IMG/VR virus record: IMGVR_UViG_2846856033_000001
Span: 22,286-86,285 of that record
Direction: 5' to 3' (one strand)
Source of the DNA: a virus
Taxonomy: Duplodnaviria > Caudoviricetes
DNA: 64,000 bases
Shown here: positions 1-10,299 of the stretch, piece after piece
Layout: every line of letters starts with the position of its first letter
Position numbering within the stretch: position 1 is the stretch's first letter
Program-made: the position numbers and the translations under genes
Notes under the pieces: model-generated
Databases searched by the model: none
The model's input: only the letters and a program-made list of their open reading frames with translations
What the model was told of the DNA's origin: nothing

Positions 1-295
1 TCTCGAATTCATGCACACCTTCTTCGTCGTGGAGGCGAGATGCTACTGCATTGCTAAGGAATGATTGGTATATGTCACCATCGATCACACTTACGCCGCA
101 CCAAGTGGTTTGCCGGTCACTGTTCGTATAGCTTATATTTGCAAAGTCTGCCTTTGTCATACTTCGCTCATTATAACTACGTATTCGACTTCAAGCAATT
201 AAATCTTTTCCATAAACAAAACGCCCTTCTGTTAAAACAGCAACCCAAATCTGTGCAGAGCATGTTTCTCACGCTGATGATGAGAAAACCTATAA

Positions 296-2332
296 TTAGC
301 TTTCATTTACCAGTGCCTGTTTTATTACTTCTTGCACTTCTGTGATGGGCGTTATTTTTATTTTATCCAGGATATAAGCAGGTAAACTCTCAGCTTCTTT
401 CAGGTTATCAGCCGGCAACAGGACTTCTTTAACGCCGGAATCATAAGCAGCCCGAATCTTCTGTTGTATTCCGCCTACCGGTAAAACTTTACCCATGATG
501 GTAATCTCGCCAGTCATAGCCAGATCATTCCTAACGGGTATTCCTTTCAATGCGGAGACAATCCCGGTAACCAAGGCTATGCCGGCAGAAGGTCCTTCTT
601 TGGGGATGCCCATATAGGTCGCCAGGATCGCTACATCGAAGTTGTCCCGCCATTCGGCAGTAATACCTAAATCCTCATGTTTGGCGCGAATAAATTGAGC
701 AGCGGCTTCTATGCTTTCCCGCATCACTCTCTGGATAGAACCCAGTGGCACAATACGCCCGCTGCCTTTGGTTGCTTGCATCTCAAAGTGCAGAATGCAG
801 CCATGGTCGCCTTCTACAGCCAGACCGATAACCTCTCCTACAGACGGTTTAGCAGGGAGTGAAACTCTTTGAACGCGTTCTGAATCAGGTAATGAGGGGC
901 TGAAGGTTTTATTAGAAGCTACTATTTTGGCTCCAAGTTTAACCCTTTCATATTCTCCGGGAGCCATTAGATGCAACTGTTCTCTCACCCGTTGTCTCAT
1001 TTCACATGAAATGAGAAGCAGCTCTTCTAATTCTTCATCTTTTACCTTTCCGTCAGGATAGAGTAGCTTCAATAGACCGGAGGTAGTCTTAATAATGGCT
1101 CTTTGATCTCGCCCGGATAGGCCTTGAGAAGAATGAGAAAGATCCAGTAACTCAAAACGACTGCGGATATCGCTCAATAAATCCTTTTTACGGAGCTCAT
1201 GCATTATTTCACAGAAGTAGTCTGTAATGAAACCATAGTCTTTAGCGTAACTTCCCGGAGTCAATTTAGGTATTAGCCAGCCAGGAAGATAGGCATGAAT
1301 TCTGTCAAGAAAGGCAATAACCTGCATATAGTCCGGAAGTGGTTCAAATAGATGATAATATTTCTCATGCGGCAGATTGCTCTGGACATCCAGATTGCCG
1401 ACAAAGACCAGACTGGCAAACGCCAGGATTTCCTTCTTACCACGGCTGAATCTGGCATCTTGCATATATCCCTGCATGATACTCACTAATGACTTGGGAT
1501 CGGTGAAGTCAGTGTTGGCAATTTCATCAAGGACCACTGCATCCCGGGTCCCCACTTCACCAATTTTGCCCGTATTTAAATTGATGAAGAGTTGAGACGG
1601 AGTAGCTTTGCCTCCGGAAAGGACATGAGCATAGTAGGAGACATTTCGGTATAAATAAGTTTTACCGGTTTCCCTGGGTCCAAGCTCAATCAAATTTACA
1701 TTGGTCTCAACCAGCGGAATACAGCGGCAAATATATAATAGTTTCTGCTGTCGGTTCATGGTTTGCGGGTTTAGTCCAAGGGAATTTATCAATATGTCAA
1801 TCCACTCATCGGTGGTAAATTCGTGGCGTTTATCAATATATTCATCCAAATTTATTACACTGACTTGAAAGGGGGTAAATTCCGTTATCTTGAAGGGTCG
1901 GATCTTCTTGTTATGTACCTCGGTTTCGTCGTAGGTTAGTTCAATAGTTCCCCACATTCCGCCGGAAAGCAGCATGGGATATTGCCGCACGATGGTTTCA
2001 GGGATGTTAACGAAGCTCTCGTTGATAGCTGAGATGGTAGCCCAGTACTTGTCTTCGGTTTCCACTAGTCGGGTTTCAAGGTTGGCGATTATGGAATGAT
2101 GGCGATTCTCCCGTATAAAATGGCGGATTTTTTCAGCTTCAGCTCCATAAACAAATGAAGATTTGAGTCTCTGCACAACCTTGCTCATATCCGCTTGAAA
2201 GGTCTCTTCCGAACAATAATTGTCAATCAAGTATTCAAGCACATAGCGCGGGAATTCATCTACCCCGGTGTTAATGGTATGGGCTTTATTAACTATTTTC
2301 CCGCGGAATATCTCTCTCAATTTTGAATTCAT
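296..2332 (-). CDS. brxL: BREX-system Lon-like protease BrxL (AAA+/MCM-like ATPase plus Lon protease domain)
   Basis: 678 aa; PRYVLEYL N-terminus, Walker [14 protein letters not shown], Lon catalytic PKEGPSAG and GGIQQK; next to a PglZ-like gene. Confidence 0.88.
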   Translation of the reverse strand: MNSKLREIFRGKIVNKAHTINTGVDEFPRYVLEYLIDNYCSEETFQADMSKVVQRLKSSFVYGAEAEKIRHFIRENRHHSIIANLETRLVETEDKYWATISAINESFVNIPETIVRQYPMLLSGGMWGTIELTYDETEVHNKKIRPFKITEFTPFQVSVINLDEYIDKRHEFTTDEWIDILINSLGLNPQTMNRQQKLLYICRCIPLVETNVNLIELGPRETGKTYLYRNVSYYAHVLSGGKATPSQLFINLNTGKIGEVGTRDAVVLDEIANTDFTDPKSLVSIMQGYMQDARFSRGKKEILAFASLVFVGNLDVQSNLPHEKYYHLFEPLPDYMQVIAFLDRIHAYLPGWLIPKLTPGSYAKDYGFITDYFCEIMHELRKKDLLSDIRSRFELLDLSHSSQGLSGRDQRAIIKTTSGLLKLLYPDGKVKDEELEELLLISCEMRQRVREQLHLMAPGEYERVKLGAKIVASNKTFSPSLPDSERVQRVSLPAKPSVGEVIGLAVEGDHGCILHFEMQATKGSGRIVPLGSIQRVMRESIEAAAQFIRAKHEDLGITAEWRDNFDVAILATYMGIPKEGPSAGIALVTGIVSALKGIPVRNDLAMTGEITIMGKVLPVGGIQQKIRAAYDSGVKEVLLPADNLKEAESLPAYILDKIKITPITEVQEVIKQALVNES

Positions 2333-2386
2333 ATTGCACTCTATTCCTTTTTAACGTGGATCGGGTCTTGTTAACTTTTTCCTATA

Positions 2387-3748
2387 TTACCTCATATTTT
2401 TGGGTGTTAACCCCAGAATACTACCCAAATGCGGGGGGACACGGCGTACAACCTTTTCAGAATTCAGCCGTATTTTGAGAATGTATCGCTGTGATTTTCG
2501 GAACAATTGCTGACCATCCCTGAAGCTAACTATTACTGTGTAGGATTGTTCCACAATACCAGTTTTACGCTCATCCTCTGGCGCATCAATAGTATCTGGG
2601 CGAAAACGGTAAACAAACTCCTTTTCTCCAACAGGTACGAATAGTACCTGTTTTGTTAATCTGTGTTGTTCCAATTTGTCACTACTTACTTCTAAATCTA
2701 CTCTTAAATCTTCAACTTTCGACTTATTCAATTTACTGCGAATAAGCCGCAATTTCATCTCCACCTCTTGACCTTCCATGATTTCAACCGGACCACTAAT
2801 GGACTTAAAATTTAAGATCCCTTCTGCTTGATCCTTGATGCGAAGAGCAACCATAGGTATCATGAGTTCTTGAATTGAAATACCTCCATGCGTGTAAGCA
2901 TCGGGATTAAAATTAGATCCCTGTCGACTGAAACTATAACCTACTTTAGGGAAGACAATAGTCTCAAAGTGTTTGTGATAAATTTGTCCTTTAAAATCTT
3001 CTCGTGTTTCCTCGGTAGGCATCCGAAGTTGTTTCGGAGTAAAAAATATCATATTTTCTCGGACTTTCAATGGTAAATCTGCAACACCAGCTGGGACTTT
3101 GAGAAGGCAGTAAAGATAGCTGCAGTCTAATTTATCATTAAGGTCATTTTCATTAAACCAAAGTGGATTGCGACCGACGTGGCAAAAACCATGGTCCGCT
3201 GTGATGAATACCTTGGTTCCTGGTGTAAGTTTCCGGATTATCGCCATAACCTCTGTATCAATAATGTTTTTAATATGCTGTTGATAAACAAAAGCCAAGG
3301 GACGTGAAGGTACTTGACGGCCATTAGGAAGTGACTTCGATTGAATTTTATGCAATTCTTTATCGCACAATTCAAAGATAAAAACGTCCAAATTCCCTGC
3401 ACGATAATGTACTACTTCACCTGTGCCAGTACCATCAGGAGCAATAACATCTACCTCACCAGCATATCCAAATTCCCGTGCAAGGCCTTCCTTCAATAAT
3501 TTATCTTCACCTTTTCTTGAATCAAAGCTGTCCGGGAATGTGCCTGCACTTAAAGCTTTGCGTGTAATATGTGTTTCGGATGGAAGGAGGGAAGAGGCTG
3601 GTAAATCCGCCAGCATTTCCATATTTTCTTCAAATAATGGTTTGATAAACTCATCCCAAATAGCCTCTTCTGTTTGAGCACTAGCATCTCCAGATAGGAA
3701 TGACTTACGCAATCTTTCGCGATGTCCGGCGTTGTTATTTTCAAGCAT
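2387..3748 (-). pseudogene. pglZ: Chimeric ORF: short RadC/UPF0758-like N-terminus (GHRERLR) joined to the C-terminal part of a PglZ alkaline-phosphatase-fold protein
   Basis: PglZ motifs LLPSET, ITADHGF and YTHGGISIQE are present; the first DGxR metal-binding motif expected just before IWDE is absent. Confidence 0.7.
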
Positions 3749-3897
3749 TAAGTGGTCTCCATTGATAAGGTGTTCAAGGTAAATGTGACTTCTCAGAATA
3801 ACCCTCTAGATTAGGCTAATTCTAAGACTTTTCTTAGCTTACTACAACAGATGATTTTGTTAATCTTGATTTTAGAGAATATTCAATCCGGATCATA

Positions 3898-5880
3898 CTA
3901 CAATCTTTGATTGACCATGTCTTGCCAACCTTCAAAAAGCATTACCATAGCTAGAGTGTCCAATTCGCAATATTTTAGGAGGGCGGACTTGATTTCCCGA
4001 CGTTCGTATTCTGACATCTCCTCGAACTGCATCCTGGCGTAAGCTGCCAGAGCGGCGCCGCCCTCTTTCAATTCATCGTCCGAACTGAGCAACTCCAACT
4101 CTTTTTCGGGGATGTCCTGGAACATCTTGGGCAGTAATTTGTATGGATCCAATACATGATCATTTTCAAACCGGATCCAGGTCCAATCCTGGTAATTTAA
4201 ACTCGGGATTCCGCCTTTTGCACCGTAAACAGGCTTAGAGTATTTTTCCTGCAAGTACTTTGAGCTGTTCAAAACGGCCGGCAACACGTACTTGATGGAG
4301 TTCGAGCCATTGGTGGCCGGGTTATAGTAATAACGCTTAACGAGTTCCAGCAGATCGATCATGCTACGCTCGCCTTCCCATTGCTCCTCGCTTTTGCTTG
4401 ATGATTTGGTAATAGAGCGGATAAACCGGCATAGTTCCTCACGATCGGGGATATCGTTCTGATCGGAATTCAATTGCTGATAAATGAAGTTTAAGAAAGT
4501 ATTCTCATGGGTGGCATATCTGAAAATACTGCCCTGGTCAGATTCCAGTTCACTTTTTAAGCTCCTGACGAATTCATAGTTGGGGAAAAAACCGGGAGTG
4601 GTGTTCAGGTATTCACCGTGATGCTCGATACAGCCGTCCTGATGAACCAGATGATGGGAGAACTGAAAGGCTATACCTTCATAGGGGTGCCGGCCTTTAT
4701 TAAAAGGAATAGCCACCATGGAAGTTTCAAAATCTATAAAATGGAGTGGATAAACCCATTTGGCCATTTCATACTTTAGGCCTGCAACATCGATATATTC
4801 TGAGTGATCATGGTCCTGGACTTTTTGCACCTGCAGCCATTGCCTCTGAGTGGGTGAAAGGCCGGGTTTGGTATCTTTTTTTACCACGATATCATCTTCA
4901 GTGAGATCTTCTATCTTAATACGGCCCTCGGCAAAACAGCGGTCCTTTTTGCGGTAGTTCCAGAGGTCCAGAACGGTAAGTTCTTCGCAATCGTCATCAG
5001 TCCAGTGTAAGGTCTCCCGCCAGCATTCCTTAAATCCGCTTTTTAGGCCGTCCTCGGCTTCTTCTTCAGTTGTTTTGAACTGGCATCCCGCACAGGCAGC
5101 GGATGGCTGAGAGACAATTTTCTGGTCTTTTACATAGTGATCGGTTAGATAATCCAGATAATCGGTAAAATTGAAAGGTTGTGTTTCACTTCCGAACTGC
5201 TCCTGGTAAACCAGATTGCTGCAGGAATCGATATTGACCTTGTTGAGGATCTTTATTGATAGGTCTTCCTGGGAAAGAGCCTGGGAAACCGAGACGGACT
5301 TGCGTCCGTCAGCGTCTTTAATTATCTTAAATTTCTGGTTCAAGCCGTCGGTGGGACAGAGTGTGGTCTTATCCGCCATCATCAGGTAAGCATTCACGTT
5401 ATATCCCGGAAAAGCCTTCATGAGCACATGTTTTTGAAAAGCGACATCCGCCAGGTAAGGATGCCATTCTGACAGGATCGTTCCCTTTCTAGATATAAAT
5501 TCATCCTCCGAATCAGAGTCCGATGATTTGGCTTTGACTTCTATCAGTTCGAAATTCTCTTGATTCTTGACCAGAATATCGATACGCACAAAAAACTGGT
5601 TGAAACGGATAGCAGCCTCGTATATGACCACTTTATCTTTTTTCAGCAGTTCGCTGGTCCGTTTGAGAGCTTCATCATAATCCAGTGTGTTGATATCATG
5701 CCCGCCCGGGAAGTAACACTTGGCCAACTCACCGACCTGGAAACCGCCTTCGGCCAGGGACTGGAGGAATGAGTCTTCATCATTTCGATCGGGGTATTCC
5801 GGCTTGCCGTCATAATATAGTTTAGTCGGGCATTCCAGGGCTAGTTTAAAGCGTGACTTGGTCAGGTATCTGGGCTTCAT
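3898..5880 (-). CDS. DUF2779-domain protein (Cas4/PD-(D/E)xK-like N-part, RNase H-like C-part)
   Basis: 660 aa; YLTKSRFKLALECP start, RIDIL..LIEVKAKS, CAGCQF...C, FIDFET, FQFSHH, LLKYCELDT. Confidence 0.8.
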   Translation of the reverse strand: MKPRYLTKSRFKLALECPTKLYYDGKPEYPDRNDEDSFLQSLAEGGFQVGELAKCYFPGGHDINTLDYDEALKRTSELLKKDKVVIYEAAIRFNQFFVRIDILVKNQENFELIEVKAKSSDSDSEDEFISRKGTILSEWHPYLADVAFQKHVLMKAFPGYNVNAYLMMADKTTLCPTDGLNQKFKIIKDADGRKSVSVSQALSQEDLSIKILNKVNIDSCSNLVYQEQFGSETQPFNFTDYLDYLTDHYVKDQKIVSQPSAACAGCQFKTTEEEAEDGLKSGFKECWRETLHWTDDDCEELTVLDLWNYRKKDRCFAEGRIKIEDLTEDDIVVKKDTKPGLSPTQRQWLQVQKVQDHDHSEYIDVAGLKYEMAKWVYPLHFIDFETSMVAIPFNKGRHPYEGIAFQFSHHLVHQDGCIEHHGEYLNTTPGFFPNYEFVRSLKSELESDQGSIFRYATHENTFLNFIYQQLNSDQNDIPDREELCRFIRSITKSSSKSEEQWEGERSMIDLLELVKRYYYNPATNGSNSIKYVLPAVLNSSKYLQEKYSKPVYGAKGGIPSLNYQDWTWIRFENDHVLDPYKLLPKMFQDIPEKELELLSSDDELKEGGAALAAYARMQFEEMSEYERREIKSALLKYCELDTLAMVMLFEGWQDMVNQRL

Positions 5881-5924
5881 AACACTCTTCTCCAGTCTCC
5901 AGAATTTTTGCTTATTATTTTGTT

Positions 5925-5957
5925 ATTGTAACAATTATTTTTGACAACCCTGTGTCG
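5925..5957 (-). promoter_or_regulatory. Putative WYL-regulator site plus extended -10 for the DUF2779 gene
   Basis: Minus strand reads CGACAcAGGGtTGTC-N12-TACAAT, with TG one base upstream of the -10. Confidence 0.65.
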
Positions 5958-5963
5958 CAATGA

Positions 5964-6947
5964 TTATTTTCTTTGGTAAATCTTCTGTATCGCTTTGGCA
6001 GTCCTCAACGCATCGGCCCGCAACCCGCGGGGTTCCAGTACTTCCACGTTTTCTCCCCAGCCCATTATCCACGAAAATAGTTCTACTGTATCCATTATTT
6101 GCAGGGTCATAATGACCGTACCATCTTTTTGCATCTTGATCTCCTGCGAAGGATGCCAGACCGTCTCGCTGATGATCCTTCCTATGATAGGAGTAAATTT
6201 TAGCCGGATTGTCTTAGTTTCACCTCCAACCACTACACCCCAAGCGGAACCCAAGTATTTATTGGCATCGAAATCGGATGGTACTAAATATGTATCCCCG
6301 GTTGACTGAATATTCTCGATGCGCTCAATTTTAAAAGTGCGAACTTCTTTTGCTCGGTGACAATAGGCGATGACATAGCTTGAATGTCCGGCAGCTGCCG
6401 GCTGGATGAAGTAAGGCTCGATAATGCGTTCTGCAGCTTTCTCGGATTCTAAAGATCGGTATGTAATTTTTACGCTGTGCAGGGAAGTCCAGGCTTCCGC
6501 CAGTTCTGTCAGGACCTGCAATTGTTTCTCCTTCCTGGGGAGACTCTGCATCCAGTCAACCGTTCTTTGCACCTGTTCTCCTAACGGCTGTGGCAGTATA
6601 GAAGCTAACTTGCTGAAAGTAGCGTCCATATTTGGGTTATAGTGCTTGTCATAGCTAACCATCAACCGAGAGGCCAGGAATATATTCAGGGCTTCCGGTA
6701 AGGTGAAACGTACCGGCGGTAGCATCCGCTTCACATCCAGCTTCCAGCGCTTCTTGTCATCATAGATAGGCACCTTGAGGTCTTGGTCCAGTACCTCGAA
6801 GTCCCGGTATATCGTCCTGGAATCCACATCAAATTTTTCTGTCAGCTCTTTGATAGTATATCCGTTAGGGTTATTGTGGAGCATCACCCAGATTTTTATT
6901 ACTCGCTCCGCTTTCTTCAACCGGTCTTGCACAAAAACCTCCCGCAA
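5964..6947 (-). CDS. HTH-WYL-WCX transcriptional regulator (DriD/PafBC/BrxR-like)
   Basis: 327 aa; HTH VDSRTIYRD, WYL core IEPY...YVIAYC...RTFKIERI, C-terminal WIMGWGENVEVLEP. Confidence 0.92.
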   Translation of the reverse strand: MREVFVQDRLKKAERVIKIWVMLHNNPNGYTIKELTEKFDVDSRTIYRDFEVLDQDLKVPIYDDKKRWKLDVKRMLPPVRFTLPEALNIFLASRLMVSYDKHYNPNMDATFSKLASILPQPLGEQVQRTVDWMQSLPRKEKQLQVLTELAEAWTSLHSVKITYRSLESEKAAERIIEPYFIQPAAAGHSSYVIAYCHRAKEVRTFKIERIENIQSTGDTYLVPSDFDANKYLGSAWGVVVGGETKTIRLKFTPIIGRIISETVWHPSQEIKMQKDGTVIMTLQIMDTVELFSWIMGWGENVEVLEPRGLRADALRTAKAIQKIYQRK

Positions 6948-7052
6948 GTAGATACTGGCTGCATTATAACATCTCTGTCGATATTGTCATAGATATAGGG
7001 ATCGATTCACGTGTAATTTGAACTACATGCGTTAAAAATCGTGACAAATTCA

Positions 7053-7085
7053 CGACAAAGGGCTGTCAAATACCAGTGGTAAACT
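7053..7085 (+). promoter_or_regulatory. Putative WYL-regulator site plus extended -10 for the lipoprotein gene
   Basis: CGACAaAGGGcTGTC-N12-TAAACT; same motif and spacing as 5925-5957. Confidence 0.65.
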
Positions 7086-7122
7086 GAAGTCGCAAGTAAG
7101 AAATGAAGGAGGTTTGATTGAA

Positions 7123-7767
7123 ATGAACAAGAAAGCAATTCTTGTCAGCTTAATGCTGGTTTGTTTTATCATGATCACCGGATGTTCCAAGGCGCAGGCT
7201 GCGCCTCAGGAACTGGCAACCGAAACCCAGAAGATTGTTGAACAAGTTAAAAAACAGGACAACTCCGTTTTTGACGATATCCAACACAATATCGACATGG
7301 TATCCGACCTTAAGGACGAAATCGAGGCCAGTACCGGGTCAGATAAGCAAAAATTGCTCAACAACGTGATTTCTGACCTTGAGAAAGTGACCGCGTCCTA
7401 CGAAGAATTGGCCAATAAGAAAGAGGATATCAGGAAATATTTGCTGAAGAAGGTTACGGCTCTTGAAGGTTTGCAGGCACAGGTACGAACTGAGACCACC
7501 AGGCTAAACACTCAGCATAATGAATATACCACCGCCCTCAAGACCTTCAATGACCCCGATCCGGAAATCGTCAGGACCAGGTCAGCGGCTCTAAAGCAGG
7601 CCATCGGGTATGTCGACATGCAGTTGACGTCGGATGTACCGGATGCGAATTTACATCCGATACGGTGGTTATATGTTATTTTCCGTCCTGTTCAGGGACA
7701 GCCGCAGCCTTTTTCCGTCCGCCAGTTTTGGGCCTTGGCGCAAAGGCTGTGGACAGGTCGTAGATAA
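7123..7767 (+). pseudogene. Coiled-coil lipoprotein, probably truncated near 7626
   Basis: AAGGAGG RBS, signal peptide with lipobox ITGC, helical heptads up to YVDMQL, then an atypical tail crossing an inverted repeat and overlapping the convergent gene. Confidence 0.6.
7630..7660. repeat. Inverted repeat TCGGATGTA...TACATCCGA at the putative junction
   Basis: Perfect 9-bp arms (7630-7638, 7652-7660) just 3' of gene 7676-8110. Confidence 0.55.
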
Positions 7768-8110
7768 TGGCATTTTCATCTGCAAAGAAAATGCCGGGTA
7801 CGTTCCAATCCTCCTCTGGCGTCCAGCCAGCCATCTTGCGGGCGATGTCCACTGCGGCAGTACATCCAATTTTTATCTGATAAATCTGTTTGCCCTCCGG
7901 CTTTGAAAACGGCACAGCGTTCGGGTCTTCCTCATTGCAAGCGCGGACGGCAAACTGCTTGTCCTTTGGATTGCTGAGAAGCTGGACAAAAGCAGGATAG
8001 CGGAGTTCCGCAGCTGTTTGGGTATTGAACTTAACGGTATTTCCAACGAAAGTGACGATGGAAGCGGAACGGGTCTTGATAAGGTCTATAACGGTAAATT
8101 TTTCTAACAT
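7676..8110 (-). CDS. Small recombinase-cassette accessory protein
   Basis: 144 aa, AAGGAG RBS; directly downstream of a serine recombinase, as recalled for Firmicutes recombinase cassettes. Confidence 0.65.
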   Translation of the reverse strand: MLEKFTVIDLIKTRSASIVTFVGNTVKFNTQTAAELRYPAFVQLLSNPKDKQFAVRACNEEDPNAVPFSKPEGKQIYQIKIGCTAAVDIARKMAGWTPEEDWNVPGIFFADENAIIYDLSTAFAPRPKTGGRKKAAAVPEQDGK

Positions 8111-8156
8111 GGTAAAAATGCTCCTTTAATATTTTATTTTGAGGTGGACGGGCTAC

Positions 8157-9320
8157 TTAGTTTGCAAGGGTGTTGTCGGACGGTCTGAAGAACAGGTAGT
8201 CTACGTCATCTTCGCTCCATGTGGGGTCAACGACAAAGAAGCCCATCATGCCGCCGCGCATGATGATACGGGGTTTTTTCAGCCGTGACGAACGCTTTCG
8301 GTAATAACGGCTGTTTAGCATTTCCTGCACCAAAAGCCAGTCTTCGCGCGAGATAATCGGCGCATGGTGACTCTCGTGAAAAAACTTGTCCGCTCGACCG
8401 TCGTTTTTGATAGACTTATGTTCGAACAGATCCACTGTAACCGTCTTTTGACACAGTGCGTCGCCGCAGAATTTTTCGTTGTGCAGGATACCGCAGACGC
8501 TACCGGAGCTCCATTTGGCAGTTCCAGTAGCGGTTTCGATGCCACTCTGGTTGAGGATATCAGCAATGCGCGGGGACGAATAACCCTCCAGATAGAGGGC
8601 AAAGATGTTCTGCACGATTTCCGCGCCGTGTGGCTCGATAGCCCATTTTCTGTTTTCGTCCCGGACATAGCCGAGCAAAGACCATACTGGGTAAATTAAA
8701 CCTTTCTGGAACCGATTGCGGTTAGACCACTTCATACTGATGGATTTGCCTTCCGATTCTCCCTGCGCTACCATGCTGGTTGTAATGATTTGCGTTTCGC
8801 TGGTCTCAGTCAACGAATCGATATGTTGGGTTTCAAAGAATACGGATACCGGCGGTGACAATCCTTTGAGCAATCGCGTATAGTGCAGGCAGTCCTCCAC
8901 ATTTCTGGAGAAGCGGCTGACCATTTTGACAAGAACTTTGTCGATTTTCCCTTGCTTACAGTCCTCAATCATTCGAAGAAACTGGTCGCGTTTTTTGACG
9001 GACGTACCTGAGAGACCTTGATCAGCATATATCCCCACGAACTCCCAACGAGGATTCGTTTGGATCAGTTCGCTGTAATACTGATATTGCATCTCATAGC
9101 TGCTGGCCTGTTCCTCGCTTCCTGTGGAAACGCGGCAATAGGCGCAGACTCGAAGCTTCCGAGTGTTTTCGGGGTCGTCGGTATTTCTCCGTGCCGGAAT
9201 GACGGTCATTTTACTACCCGCCGCGGTTTCGTAGGCATCACGGATTACTTCCTGGGCGCTTTTTCCCGTAACCCCGGTCTCTTTCGGTGCTTTTGTTGCT
9301 TTGATAGTTATGGTTTTCAA
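8157..9320 (-). CDS. Large serine recombinase (resolvase plus recombinase domain, short C-terminus)
   Basis: CAYCRVST catalytic motif, YADQGLSGT, KMVSRFSRN, ILHNEKFCGD; likely TTG start at 9320 after GAGGGGGTG. Confidence 0.9.
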   Translation of the reverse strand: MKTITIKATKAPKETGVTGKSAQEVIRDAYETAAGSKMTVIPARRNTDDPENTRKLRVCAYCRVSTGSEEQASSYEMQYQYYSELIQTNPRWEFVGIYADQGLSGTSVKKRDQFLRMIEDCKQGKIDKVLVKMVSRFSRNVEDCLHYTRLLKGLSPPVSVFFETQHIDSLTETSETQIITTSMVAQGESEGKSISMKWSNRNRFQKGLIYPVWSLLGYVRDENRKWAIEPHGAEIVQNIFALYLEGYSSPRIADILNQSGIETATGTAKWSSGSVCGILHNEKFCGDALCQKTVTVDLFEHKSIKNDGRADKFFHESHHAPIISREDWLLVQEMLNSRYYRKRSSRLKKPRIIMRGGMMGFFVVDPTWSEDDVDYLFFRPSDNTLAN

Positions 9321-9436
9321 AATATCACCCCCTCTCCGCCGCATAAATTAAGGGTCGCGTCCTCTGCAAAGAAGATGCGACCCTTGGCGGCAACGGAGCC
9401 GGCGAACGACCATTATACCAGAAAAACTTATCTGTG

Positions 9437-9493
9437 AAAAAACAGACGACAAAGGGAGTCTCTATACGGAAACCCTTTGTCGTCCGGGTTTTT
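9437..9493. terminator. Probable bidirectional intrinsic terminator after the vWA gene
   Basis: GACGACAAAGGG (9445-9456) / CCCTTTGTCGTC (9473-9484), flanked by A- and T-tracts. Confidence 0.65.
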
Positions 9494-9520
9494 GCTCGCT
9501 TCAATTAACAGATAGCCCCA

Positions 9521-10174
9521 TTATCTGCGACCACCACGCTTTTTTACATCCTTGCGGATTTCGTCAAAGTGTTCGTCCGATATGGTCGCACACTCGCGGA
9601 ACTCCGCAACTACCGCGCTCATCACGGCAAAGTTAAGGTTTGTGCCATCACTGTCGGCGAGATAGTCGACCGCACGGTCTGCATTGATTCCGAAACGCCC
9701 GGCGGTTTCCACCGCGTCGATGTTTGCTCCAAGGAAAACGAATTCCCAGCCATATTTTATTTTCTGGCGCTCAATCTGTGCCTTGACCTTTTCGGCCGAA
9801 TATTCGCGGCTGGAATTCTCTTCGCCATCCGTGATGATAATAAACATTACTTTCTCGGCACGGTAATCACCGGCCGTGTTTTTTTGGGCGTTGCCAATTT
9901 TGTGGATTGTCCTTCCGATGGCATCAAGGAGTGCGGTCGAACCACCGACAGCATATTCCTTCTCGGTAATCGCGCTGACCGCTTTGATATCGATACGGTC
10001 GTGTAGAAGTTCATAGTTGTTGTCAAACAGTACAGTCGTGATATGGCATTCACCCACAACTGCCTTTTGCTTTTCGAGCATTGAGTTGTAGCCGCCGATT
10101 GTGTCGGTCTCCAAACCGCCCATTGAGCCGCTTTTGTCGAGTATGAATACCAGTTCGGTTAATCCTTTTTTCAT
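9521..10174 (-). CDS. von Willebrand factor A (vWA) domain protein
   Basis: MIDAS LDKSGSM, GSTALLDAIG, IITDGEEN; GAGGAGG RBS. Confidence 0.92.
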   Translation of the reverse strand: MKKGLTELVFILDKSGSMGGLETDTIGGYNSMLEKQKAVVGECHITTVLFDNNYELLHDRIDIKAVSAITEKEYAVGGSTALLDAIGRTIHKIGNAQKNTAGDYRAEKVMFIIITDGEENSSREYSAEKVKAQIERQKIKYGWEFVFLGANIDAVETAGRFGINADRAVDYLADSDGTNLNFAVMSAVVAEFRECATISDEHFDEIRKDVKKRGGRR

Positions 10175-10234
10175 TTTCGTGTCCTCCTCGAGTTTTAAGA
10201 TGATTTCATTTTAAACTTTTCGGAGGGGCGCATG

Positions 10235-10251
10235 GTCGCTTCGGAAGCGAC
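10235..10251. promoter_or_regulatory. Palindromic operator upstream of the vWA gene
   Basis: GTCGCTTC-G-GAAGCGAC, perfect 8-bp arms; TAAAAT -10 on the minus strand at 10208-10213. Confidence 0.6.
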
Positions 10252-10299
10252 ATTATGGTTGCTGTTCATGCAGGCTGCACTTGAATTCTTCGCAATAGC

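Noticed and set aside
61-345. 94-aa plus-strand ORF
   Set aside because: No RBS or motif; it overlaps the brxL end and looks intergenic.
296-2332. Housekeeping Lon protease
   Set aside because: It lacks the Lon N-domain and has a BrxL-type ATPase next to a PglZ-like gene.
7600-7680. attL duplicate of the tRNA-Ala 3' end
   Set aside because: No TGGTGGAGCTGAGG match seen here or elsewhere in the window by eye.
9446-9456. ACGACAAAGGG matching the WYL site at 7052-7062
   Set aside because: It lacks the TGTC half-site at the right spacing and the -10; it is one arm of a terminator hairpin.
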